A stretch of 63,718 bases of DNA, filler included, from Licmophora abbreviata (lineage: Eukaryota), in assembly GCA_900291995.1 (NCBI GenBank). It is 17 parts of 17 records of this genome, joined end to end, with 100 filler letters (N's around TTAATTAATTAA, not from the genome) between each part and the next. Parts side by side here need not be neighbours in the genome. Positions count along the whole stretch, not along the records: positions 42,159 to 45,408 come from OLMU01001160.1; positions 45,509 to 62,137 come from OLMU01001161.1; 15 more parts are not named here. The stretch is one strand, 5' to 3'. Shown here piece after piece: positions 45,006-54,861 of the stretch. How positions within the stretch are numbered: position 1 is the stretch's first letter; each line of letters begins with the position of its first letter. The position numbers were made by a program, and so were the translations under genes. The notes below the pieces were generated by a model, which was given only the letters and a program-made list of their open reading frames with translations, did no database searches and had not been told where the DNA came from.

Positions 45006-45664
45006 GGTGGAGTGAGCACCGGTGTCCCTGAAGGGGGCCGCCGAGGCCTGAGGCCGCGCCAAGTTTTAGTTTCGGAGCTCCTTCTGTAGGTTTCTACGAG
45101 TCTCTACCTGAAACGTGTTCTGTATCTGCGGTGGCTGGCGTCGGAGGGCGGTAGATTGGCGAAGAGTTTGTGGCGATGTGGGTGGGTTTGGTCGTAGAGT
45201 TTGAAACTGTGCCGGTCCAATATCTCTTGGGTGTCGGTTGAAGCTTTAATCTGAGGGTGGCAGGTATCTTCCGCTTTCGGTCTCTTGGCGGGACGAAAGG
45301 GGGTCGATTGGTGATGGTTTTGCGTAGGCCACAGTAGGGGTTCTACGTATTGATAGTTTTATATAGGGGTAACACTTCGCATAGTTCAAAGACTATAATG
45401 GAATCAATNNNNNNNNNNNNNNNNNNNNNNNNNNNNNNNNNNNNNNNNNNNNTTAATTAATTAANNNNNNNNNNNNNNNNNNNNNNNNNNNNNNNNNNNN
45501 NNNNNNNNCGAGTCGTTGCACTTCGTTTCAACCAGCCATTTTCAATTTCAATTTCAAGTTTTGTTCAGCACACACAACATGACACAGACGCAAAGTCTGT
45601 TGAATGTTGCTGAGCTGCAGTCTACCAGTATCATCCCGCGAACTCAGCTGCAGATTTCTGTATC

Positions 45665-47213
45665 ATGGGCGAAAGCGAGGAGACGGCTTTGTCCGATAGT
45701 CAGATGGATGCAGGCTTGACAGTGCCATTGGAATGCAGTGAGCAGGAGTTTTGTGAGCTGTGTTCGGAAGTCGCGGCCTTGACGATCGACGAGGCGAAAG
45801 AAGAGCTCTTGGAGTGTGCAAGATATGGCGAGGTCGATGCCGCACGTGCCATCCTCGACCATTTCGGTGATATTGTCGATACCACTGATATGGGCGGAAG
45901 CACAGCTTTGCACAAGGCCTGCGCGAACGGTAATCTCTCGACTGTGCGGCTCCTTCTGCAAAAGCACGCGCGACATACTGCCAACGATGCGGGAAACACC
46001 CCTCTTCACTGGGCAGCCGCTGCTGGGCACGAGTCAGTTGTCGATTGCATTTTGCGGGAAGATCGATTCGAAGTGGATGTCCTGAGCAGGAATGAGTTTG
46101 GAAGATCAGCTCTCACGGAAGGTTTCTCCAGTAAGAACATCGCGGTAGCCAACCTTCTGCTTGAGCACGACTCTGCATCGGAGGAGCGACTGCTGGCGGG
46201 AGCGGAGGAGATCGACGACGACGAAAACGGGAGCGGTGATCAGCTGCCTAGTGACTCGTCGGATCGAAAGCGAACAAACGACAGTGTCACGCATGACTTC
46301 GACCTTGCCGAGTCCACAGGCGGCCAGTCGCCGCTTTCGTCGAGGCCCCTCCAGATACGCGAGCTGGTAAGTTCGTCTTCTCGCTCTTTTCTGTGAGTCG
46401 CGGCGGAATGTCGTAGTATGTTGCTTACAACAATTGTCTCGCTCCACTCGTAGCCGATTGAACACGCAGATAATCCGTTCGGAGACGACGCAGCGCAAGA
46501 TACAACAGGTTACGCTATTTGGTGTGCTTCGCTCGTCATGGCACGATGGATGGCGTCCGTCGACATGACGAGACGTTTCGCTGGCAAGAGAATCCTTGAA
46601 CTTGGTGCTGGGTGCGGTGTTCCTGGACTGGCGGCCGCCAAGTATAGGTGCGATTGAAGATGCACAAACACGCACTTTGGCAACTTCCTCGCCACAACTC
46701 ACATGTCCCTGTTTTTTCACTGCTTGCAGCGACTCGGCTCACGTGTGTCTCACAGATCTAAACCCAGACACGATTAAGAATCTAGACTACAATGTGAAGC
46801 TGAATCTTGAGTCCTTTCAAGAGAACGAATCGGTGGAAGCTCGAGGCATTGATTGGGACGACGAGGCAACTTGGCCGAGCGAGAAGTTTGATTTTGTTAT
46901 TGGATCGGATCTTATTTACCAGTCGTCGATAGTCCCGCTTCTGCGAAAGGCTGTGCTGGGTCTCTTGAAGCTTCAGGATGGTCGATTCTTGTATTGCGCG
47001 CCTGATACCGGGCGGGATGGACTCGAGGACTTTATTGCCGCCATGAAATGCGATGGGTGCGAGCTAGTCGCGGGGAAGGTGGCGCCGCAAAGCTATCATT
47101 CGAATCCTCTTTGCAGCAAGGACGATGACGAGTGCTTTCTACACTTTCACGAGTTGACAACCTCCACTTATGTTCTATACGAGTTTCGGATAAATCGCGA
47201 TGAATACGAGTAG
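45665..47213 (+). CDS. eukaryotic ankyrin-repeat + METTL21-like lysine methyltransferase (3 exons)
   Basis: Exons 45665-46366, 46454-46647, 46730-47213 with GT-AG introns. ANK motifs TALHKAC and TPLHWAA. MTase motifs TTGYAIW, ILELGAGCG, LTD, IGSDLIY. Confidence 0.88.
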
Positions 47214-47799
47214 GCGTTGTTGGCTGTCGGCACGATTTAACGTATAATGATATGTTCGGTGTCATCTATTCGTGGTAGTTACTGTACATGTTGATGAGTC
47301 AAGTGAACTGATGCGGATGAAGTTACACTTCCTTCGGGTTTCGCTTACCGCCCCATACTAGAAGTGGTCCCGACACGGCTGCCGTTCTCTCATCACTGTC
47401 AAAACCTTTGAAGCAGATTTCGATGACCTTGTGCTATCATTCCGTTTAGCTTTTTATAGTACACTGATGAACTTGCCGGTAGTCGTCTTACGCTGCCACG
47501 GGCCCTTTTGACTCCTCCGACCAGATCGCACCTTACGCGGTATGCTCGGGTCGGGGGCGGCAGGGCATCGGACAGTGCATGACAATGTGACACAGTTCCT
47601 GTCGACTGTCGACCTTTCGAAGCATCATCTATCACCCCTGTTCACATCCCCGCCGAGAATCAGGCACATCATGAGAAGAGTGTGCCAGAAGAGCGCCACA
47701 GACTCCCTCGACCCATCCAACGCCTCTTTGAAAAGTTCTCTTTAGGCTCAGCATCGCCTGCGGTACCTGCGGTTACAGTACTCACACGTCGGCAGAACG

Positions 47800-49356
47800 A
47801 TGACCAATCCTAGCCGAGCTAAAGTCATCATGCCGCTTCTGGTGGGTGGAATTCCCGTTGTCGTATGGTATGTTGACAAGAAACTTTACCCCGGTTTGAT
47901 CAAGTCAAGTATCAGCTTTTTCATGGGCTTCGTCTCCAGGGAAGACTCAAAGTTTCACGACTCTGAGATGAGAAAGAGACGCGAGCGCACGGAACTCTTC
48001 TTGACGGCTGATGGATCGATCCGTAGCATTACGACGTCCCTGATGAGCGACATGACTCAGTTTCAAGATTGGAAACCAAAAATTGACGCTCTTAAGGCCT
48101 TTGTCGAGATGAGCGGCTTCGCTGACGAAATTTCGCCTGCAGTTAGCACCCGACTGATGGGTAACATGGGCATTCTCGCGACTATTCAACAGTATGCTCT
48201 AGGTGAAACAGATCGTCGCGACGAGTTCGTAACTTCGTCCGTGAGTTGGACAGATTTGCCATCTTGGGACGAGGCTCTTCGCTACAGCAAGTACGCAGTC
48301 GCTGCATATGGAGAAAGTATCATCAAAGCAGCCGAAATTGGTGTGAGTGGTTCTACAGACTTGGACCTCGGATTCGAAGTGACCATTGAACGAGTAAGTG
48401 CTCACGTAGGAGTTCAAAAGAAGATATCGTCATTTTCGACATCGAAGCAACCGGAAAGGCAGACTATATTCGACACTTTCTCGCCGTGGACCATGTTCAT
48501 CGTAAGATTGTTCTCGCGATCCGCGGCACCGCAAGCGTCTCCGAAGTCATTACCGATATTTCCGGTTTTACGCGTAAGTTCGAGTTGTTCTCGCGTAGGG
48601 GTACCTGGTGAGTGTCTCTCGCGCGACTCACAAAACAGGTGTCTGGCTTCTGTGTTGTACGCTGCAGGTCCCTTCTGTGGTGGTCAGGCGCATGCAGATA
48701 TATCCCTCATGGCGGAGCAGCTTTGGGGTCGTATCGGTGATTCTGTTATTTCGGAGCTAGAAAAGCACAAGGACTACGAACTCATAGTTTGTGGTCATTC
48801 TCTTGGAGGGGGCGTAGCAAACGCTCTGAACATCCTTCTGCACGAACAGAGCAGTCGCCTCATCAAGGGAAGGGCAATGCGCTGTTTCTCTTATGCCTCA
48901 CCTCCGGTATTTGCGCCGCTTGAGCTAGTTCCGGAGGCAGTCGCGGCCGGAGTGAACTATATTCACGAGATGGACGTTGTCCCCTTTCTTCAGGCGTATT
49001 CGGTAAGGCATTTGCTCAACACAGTCGTATCTCTGGAAGAAGGGACGAAAGACTTGGGTCCGTTTGAACGAACGAGGCTGATGATGGGCCATGACACGCC
49101 AAGCGAGGAGCTGGTAGAGCAAGTTAATGCCGTCAATGCGAAAGATCTCCCACCCATCGACGGAATGGGCATGATTGCCATTCCAGTTGCGGCTTCAGTC
49201 TGGTTGCGAAAGAAGGAAGAGAGCGAACAATACGACGCTAAAATTTGCGACTCGATGCTTTTGGCGGCCAGTCCAATCTATCTACACCCAGACCGGTACT
49301 TCAATCATTTCACGCCTCGATACGAGTTCTGTCTCAGCCATGTTGATAAATCGTAG
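47800..49356 (+). CDS. class 3 lipase (DAG-lipase-like); one intron and one apparent frameshift
   Basis: CGHSLGGG, YASPP, DVVP. The HFLAVDH..IVLAIRGT segment is in a shifted frame after about 48420. Intron 48574-48667. Confidence 0.85.
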   Translation: MTNPSRAKVIMPLLVGGIPVVVWYVDKKLYPGLIKSSISFFMGFVSREDSKFHDSEMRKRRERTELFLTADGSIRSITTSLMSDMTQFQDWKPKIDALKAFVEMSGFADEISPAVSTRLMGNMGILATIQQYALGETDRRDEFVTSSVSWTDLPSWDEALRYSKYAVAAYGESIIKAAEIGVSGSTDLDLGFEVTIERVSAHVGVQKKISSFSTSKQPERQTIFDTFSPWTMFIVRLFSRSAAPQASPKSLPIFPVLRVSSSCSRVGVPGECLSRDSQNRCLASVLYAAGPFCGGQAHADISLMAEQLWGRIGDSVISELEKHKDYELIVCGHSLGGGVANALNILLHEQSSRLIKGRAMRCFSYASPPVFAPLELVPEAVAAGVNYIHEMDVVPFLQAYSVRHLLNTVVSLEEGTKDLGPFERTRLMMGHDTPSEELVEQVNAVNAKDLPPIDGMGMIAIPVAASVWLRKKEESEQYDAKICDSMLLAASPIYLHPDRYFNHFTPRYEFCLSHVDKS

Positions 49357-49426
49357 CTTGTTCTACTAGGAAGCCTATGTATTTGCATCAGCTTCAATTG
49401 CCCATTCATCATCCGGTGCAGTCGGA

Positions 49427-50548
49427 TTACCCGCTAGGATAGTGCTCGGCCATGATGTCGGGATAGCTCCTTCGAAAGTAATTGAAAAGTTGTTCACCAT
49501 AGACTGTCGGTTTGTAGGGACTCTGCATATCTCCCACTCCCGCTTCTGTTTCTTCTTTACGTGCCATGAATCCTGCACCCGAGTGACGGCGACTGGCAGC
49601 GACGGCTTGCAAGTAAGATTCGTCAAGGGGCAGAGGGTCGACACGCGTGTGCAAGGACGGACCGTGAAAGTAACCAAGTGCAAAACGCTCCAACGGCAAG
49701 GCATTGACAACTCGATGCGGGGTCGCCACGAAGTAGTTGCTCGTCATCCCCTGTAACATCTCACCGAGGTTAATGACTAGCGTGTCGGGCGTAGGAGGTG
49801 TCACGTCGAACCAGTCTCCCGTCTCATCTTTTACCTGGAGTCCGGGCGATGTTTCGCAGCACAGGACAGTGACAAATCCAGTATCATGATGGGAATTGAC
49901 TCCTGCCTGATTGTCCGGAGTAGGTGGGTATCTTATGATTTTGGTAAGCGACATGCGTTCGGAGCCAAAGACCCGCTCGTCGAAGTATTGTGGATCTAGC
50001 CCGAGTCCAACTGCCAAAATCTCCATTATCGTATCAGCGACCTTCTCAGCACGTGAGAACCATTCCGTCATGAGTTGACGATACCCTGGAACCAATCCAT
50101 CTTCATTTGGAAACCACTGATTGGGTCCTAGTAGCCGTAAATACTCCGGCGTCACGTTGACTTCTCGCGCAGGATGTTCTGTCCACAGATCCACTTGCTC
50201 TCGTACGTCAGGTCGGTTGTTTGTATACTCAGATCCCTCACACTCCCATCCACGAAAGTGACGAGATTTCTGCTTATCAATGAGCCGTTTTTGTTGTTTC
50301 TCGAGAGCAAAGAGCTGTCTCATCATCGAAAACATATCTCGGAGAAACTTCGGCTCGATGCCGTGATCTTGTAGAAGAAAGAATCCGATATCATGGCAAA
50401 TCAGGCGAACTTCGTCAGCGAGTTTTGCTTTTTCTTCGTGCGAAGCGGATTCGTTAGTCCATCTGGTCAATGATATAATTGGCAGCGAGGTCGTTGCCGC
50501 AGAGCTGCTGCCGTGTCGTCGATCGGTGGTGTTGGACTCGTCCTTCAT
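49427..50548 (-). CDS. 2-oxoglutarate/Fe(II) dioxygenase (IPNS-like)
   Basis: LPIISL, IGFFLLQDHG, RYPP, HHDTG (HxD), NLGEML, TPHRV. Intronless. Confidence 0.92.
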   Translation of the reverse strand: MKDESNTTDRRHGSSSAATTSLPIISLTRWTNESASHEEKAKLADEVRLICHDIGFFLLQDHGIEPKFLRDMFSMMRQLFALEKQQKRLIDKQKSRHFRGWECEGSEYTNNRPDVREQVDLWTEHPAREVNVTPEYLRLLGPNQWFPNEDGLVPGYRQLMTEWFSRAEKVADTIMEILAVGLGLDPQYFDERVFGSERMSLTKIIRYPPTPDNQAGVNSHHDTGFVTVLCCETSPGLQVKDETGDWFDVTPPTPDTLVINLGEMLQGMTSNYFVATPHRVVNALPLERFALGYFHGPSLHTRVDPLPLDESYLQAVAASRRHSGAGFMARKEETEAGVGDMQSPYKPTVYGEQLFNYFRRSYPDIMAEHYPSG

Positions 50549-50786
50549 GGTGGCTGATGGATACGTATGTTTGGAATTCCGACTTTTGACTTTTGGGGTG
50601 TTTTTTTGGAGTGTGTTTTATCGCATCTTTGACTCCTTCGACTCTCACGCAACTTCAACTTCAGCTCTTTTCGAAAGAAAATGGCAGTCGCCACAACTTC
50701 TGCACCGTCGCAGGAAGTTGACTTGGACGGCGGCTGTTCTGTCTCTTCTATCTATAAAATCGTTCTGAAACTCAGCATATGCTACA

Positions 50787-52365
50787 ATGGAAAGATCAGT
50801 AGCAGGGAACAGTGCAATTGCGGTGGCAATTGGAATCACCGCGGCGACTGCCGCCCTCAGTTTGCTCGTCCAACGCCGCCTGTCGAACAAGCCCTCTCGC
50901 CTGTACTGGAGCCTCTGGAGCAAAGGGGATTCCTACTGGCTTACGAATGTGCGCGTCCCCACATCGGTTCTTGAGGAAGATGATGACAAATTTGGAATGC
51001 CTACTGATGACGAAGGCCTGGTCGATTGCCACGTCCGGGTCAAGGCCGGAAGGATCATCGACGTATCGCTGAATGCACCCCCCTTCGACAGGTTCGCATC
51101 AAAGTTCGCTGCGATCGATTGTCAGCATGCCATCCTCATTCCCTGTTTTTCAGACCCCCATACTCATCTCATCGAAGACGCAGACGGTACCACGCAATCG
51201 AAATCATTCTGGGACTATCTCGGAAGCTTTGGACGCTGAAAGGGCCGACCAGCCGCGATGGAAAGCACCCAACGACATCACCCGGCGCATGCACTTTGCA
51301 GCTCAGTGCGCCATTCACCACGGCACTCGGGCCATCCGTACCCATTTGGATGGTAGTACGAATGAGGATCCCGGTGTAGCCGATGCCGTGTGGGACGCCT
51401 TTGATGAAATTCGTGACAGATACCAAGATCGACTCACCATTCAAGGTGTTGCCAACCTGTATTTGCCCCTTTGGACGCTGGATATGGCCAACGACTTTGC
51501 GAACCGGGCCAGTCAACACCGCAACGTTGTTTTGGGGGCGTATGTAGGCAAGAATTCTACCGGAAACAAGCCAGATCCGGAGTTTGTTGACGCCATGGAT
51601 GCCTTGTTGGGGCATGCATCGAGACTGCGAATGGATGTTGACTTGCACATTGACGAATCCAATGATCCAACTTGCTGTGCGTTGGCCTCCTTGTGCGAAT
51701 CTCTAGCGAAGGCCAGAAAGAGTGGCTATCAGGGTCGTGTCGTGCTGGGACACTGTTGCACCCTCTCCCTACAGGATACTGAGACCCAAAACCACTTATG
51801 CGCTCAACTATCAGCTCTCGACGCCTTCGTCGTTTCCAACCCCTTTGCAAACCTTAGTCTGCAAGACCGACGGGGTAGTAAGGCTCCTCATTCGCTTGAG
51901 TACCCAGCGCATCTGCCTCGGACGCCTCAATGGAGAGGCTTGACCTTGTTGCAAGAACTTCGTGTGGCCGGCGTGCCTGTCGCAGCGGCGTCAGACAACG
52001 TGAGAGACCACTGGTATCCCTTCGGAGACCTGGACATGTTGACTATTTGGAAAGTGACGGCGGAAATGAGTCACGTCGAGCTGCTAGCGGGTCGATGGGC
52101 CAACCTTGTCACGACCGTACCTGCCGAGGCCATGGGATTGACTCACCACATTGGGAAGGGTCAAATCGCCGATTTGATTTTGTTTCCTCATGCTAGACGG
52201 ATAACCGAACTCTTTGCTCGACCGCAGATCGATCGGTTGGTGTTGCGCAGGGGTCGAGTGCAGACGACGCAGTTGCCACTCTTTACGGAACTTGATGATT
52301 TGGTAGAGGTGAAAACGAAACGTCCCACGTCTGCGGAGTACATAGTGCGGACCTTGTCTGCGTGA
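50787..52365 (+). CDS. cytosine/pterin deaminase-like amidohydrolase (1-nt frameshift near 51174)
   Basis: DPHTHLI, then shifted KTQTVPRNRNHSGT, HGTRAIRTHLD, DLHIDE, GHCCTL, ASDNVRDHWYPFGDLDML. Confidence 0.85.
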
Positions 52366-52544
52366 TGGACCGAGTACAGAGAAATCTCCATCTTTCCTCA
52401 GCTGCACTTCTAAATTCCAAGGGGAATAATAACTAGACTACTCCAAGCAACGTTCCTATGAGATGGTCAGCAAGTTATGCTTATTATAATGACGACAGCT
52501 AGTTCAATCACTTAGTAGAACACAATGTCACTCCAATGTCTTTG

Positions 52545-54419
52545 TTATGTTGGCAGACACGCCACCGCCAGCATGCCCAAGAGAAAGCAAACGACAATGA
52601 AAACAGCAATAAAGATACTGGGATGATTCACATCCTCATGATGGCCACAAAAGAAGAGCCCGCACGGCATTAACTTGCTGTCGCTCACTTCCTTCATGAC
52701 GCGTCGGTATACGTCGTCCTCAACGACGAGAGCGTACCGCACAGTCGGTAGCAGCTCTGTTTTAGCTGTACAATGAATACAGTTGTCGCAAGTACACGCG
52801 CATGGTCTTTCGTCGTCCAACAAACTTTGCCAGTTGGCGTCTCCTGAGGTCACCATGTGGTACTCGAGAAAGCATTCTTCTTCGTCGTCCTCACGATGCT
52901 TGAGTATCGTGCCCGGGGTCAACTCGGGGTCCATTATCAAATTGATATTGTCCTGGGGGAGATGAAACTGTACCAGTCCGCTTTCCGTGACACCGCCGAA
53001 AAGGGCGCTCTTGGTAATATCTGTCACGATAGAACCAATCGAAACTGTAGACACGACGGATGACGCCGAGTCGGCTCGACCCCGACCAGATAATTCTGTG
53101 TATCCCCCCGAGCTTCGTGATGAATTGCGACGATGATGGCGTCCCACGCGAGGTCCAGCGGGTGGAAGCCCACTTTCGGAGCTTACGCGACGATGCGCTG
53201 GTTTCTTTAGATTGCTTCGCCGTAAATCCTCGTACGACTGATTGCGTTCCAAGGAGGGTCGTTTGATCGAAGGGCCTGCCGATGCGCGACGAGGCTTGCG
53301 CAAAAGTGGATGCTGCTGTTTAACAGCAGGAGGAGGTGGCGTCGGAAGGTTGGAAGGTGCGCCATTGCTCGACGTGGCTCCGTATTCCACCTCCTCTCGG
53401 AATCGTACCAACGGAGCTTCTGTACTAGGTTCCTCAGACCGTACTCGTCTATGATGCAACTTTTCCATCGTCGACGGCTTGGTCGTCGCTCCGCCATAGC
53501 TTGTACCATCTCGATACTTCCCGAGAAACGGAACAGAATGGTATTCATCCTCTTGTTCCAGCGGGATCTCGTATTCAGCAGTATTCTGGTCGGCCGACGA
53601 AGCTCGAACCCGATTGGAAACTGTATGTCTATGCCGCCGTCTTTCCGAAGGCATCGTGCCCTGTTCTATATCATCTGCTCTATTGTGTTGACTAGCCCGG
53701 TGCTGATGGTGTTGTTCGTGTCCTGGAATCTTGCGTCCCGATGCGAGGGGCGAAGAGGAGCGAACCCTCCTATGCGGTTTTGTGGTGACTTTAGTGTTTC
53801 TTGTGGACGGCACGGTGGGTGGTCGCGTTCCACTACTCCCCTGGCTCCACATCATAGGATTCACTGTGGAAGAGTAGGGAGAATCGTAGTACATGTGCGC
53901 ACTCGTTGCATTTGCTGATTCGGCATGATCGGCAAACTGATGATGCGGCGGCGTGGGATAGTAGGAGTACAAAGGAGGAGGAGGCGGAGCGTACTGCTGG
54001 TGCTGTGATCCTGAAGCAGCATAGTGTTGTTGCTGTGGTTGAGCATACGCAGGATACATGGACCCGTATCCCCCCGGTGGAATACCATTGGTGGCCTCGT
54101 TTCCGGCAGTACCACCCTGGAGAGGGGGGTAAGGTGGATAGTACGGATAGCCATAGTGATACCCTGGAGGGGCCGCGTACTCGTACGGCAGCTGATTCGA
54201 CTGATGCTGTCCGCCGGGCTCTTGTTCGACCCAGTGTAGAAACTGCGGAATTGGGTCACTTTCCCTATCTGCGTCGCTCCCTTCCTTGACGTGCTGTCCC
54301 GTATCTTCGGTGGCGTCGTCGCTGCCCACGGATTGCGTCGTGTTGGCTTCGCGACTTTCAGTCTCAATCAACAGCTTTTCTCGCTCGCTCGCTGTCCCAT
54401 CCACGACTTCATGGGGCAT
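52545..54419 (-). CDS. hypothetical eukaryotic protein, low-complexity with Cys-rich and C-terminal TM domain
   Basis: Long ORF with Pro/Tyr/Gln- and Arg/Ser-rich regions, CACTCDNC, PCGLFFCGHHED and a terminal hydrophobic helix. Start uncertain. Confidence 0.65.
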   Translation of the reverse strand: MPHEVVDGTASEREKLLIETESREANTTQSVGSDDATEDTGQHVKEGSDADRESDPIPQFLHWVEQEPGGQHQSNQLPYEYAAPPGYHYGYPYYPPYPPLQGGTAGNEATNGIPPGGYGSMYPAYAQPQQQHYAASGSQHQQYAPPPPPLYSYYPTPPHHQFADHAESANATSAHMYYDSPYSSTVNPMMWSQGSSGTRPPTVPSTRNTKVTTKPHRRVRSSSPLASGRKIPGHEQHHQHRASQHNRADDIEQGTMPSERRRHRHTVSNRVRASSADQNTAEYEIPLEQEDEYHSVPFLGKYRDGTSYGGATTKPSTMEKLHHRRVRSEEPSTEAPLVRFREEVEYGATSSNGAPSNLPTPPPPAVKQQHPLLRKPRRASAGPSIKRPSLERNQSYEDLRRSNLKKPAHRRVSSESGLPPAGPRVGRHHRRNSSRSSGGYTELSGRGRADSASSVVSTVSIGSIVTDITKSALFGGVTESGLVQFHLPQDNINLIMDPELTPGTILKHREDDEEECFLEYHMVTSGDANWQSLLDDERPCACTCDNCIHCTAKTELLPTVRYALVVEDDVYRRVMKEVSDSKLMPCGLFFCGHHEDVNHPSIFIAVFIVVCFLLGMLAVACLPT

Positions 54420-54861
54420 ACTGACAGTGTGCGAGAGTACGAGAGGACAGATAGCAGCTAGACAAGCAACAGAGCTCAAAAGAACGGCCGTGGCATGCAG
54501 CCCTCCTTTTAGGCTTGCCGGTATGTCATGTGATTTTGAGATGGCAAAAGTGATGCATGCATGCGACAAAAAGACACAACGAGGGGGAAAAGCTCGCGGC
54601 TAGAGCTCGACCCATCAACGCGATCGATGCTATCCAGAGGGCGGGTGGCAGGCACCCTACCGGTACCTGGTATGCAGTGTAGATCGATTGTGCTACCAAG
54701 TATGCCATTTAGACTTCGTTTGACGACAGCTCCATCATACACGCCGTAGTAGCATAGGGCAACGCCCGAGCTGTCCTGCGCCTATCCACGAAAAGAACAC
54801 TGCTGCAGAATATGTGATACGCCGTCTCTACTACCATGTTACGATACACACTCCTTGGTTT

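Larger units (their letters stand above)
36770..45408 (-). mobile_element. non-LTR (LINE) retrotransposon, Ambal-like, near full length
   Basis: 5' UTR, ORF1, ORF2 (APE-RT-RNase H-CCHC), 218-nt 3' UTR ending TTATTA at the contig edge. Both ends abut linkers, so no target-site duplication is visible. The clade name rests on domain architecture, not a phylogeny. Confidence 0.9.

Noticed and set aside
30284..45408. A novel bacterial RT system (retron, DRT or DGR) linked to the glycan cluster
   Set aside because: The RT is a eukaryotic APE-type LINE polyprotein, separated from the bacterial genes by an artificial linker. No msr-msd, TR/VR pair or SD signals were seen.
48394..48409. 16-nt GTAAGTGCTCACGTAG as a tiny intron fixing the lipase frameshift
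   Set aside because: Removing it yields the wrong frame, and it is far shorter than the other introns here (about 80-120 nt).
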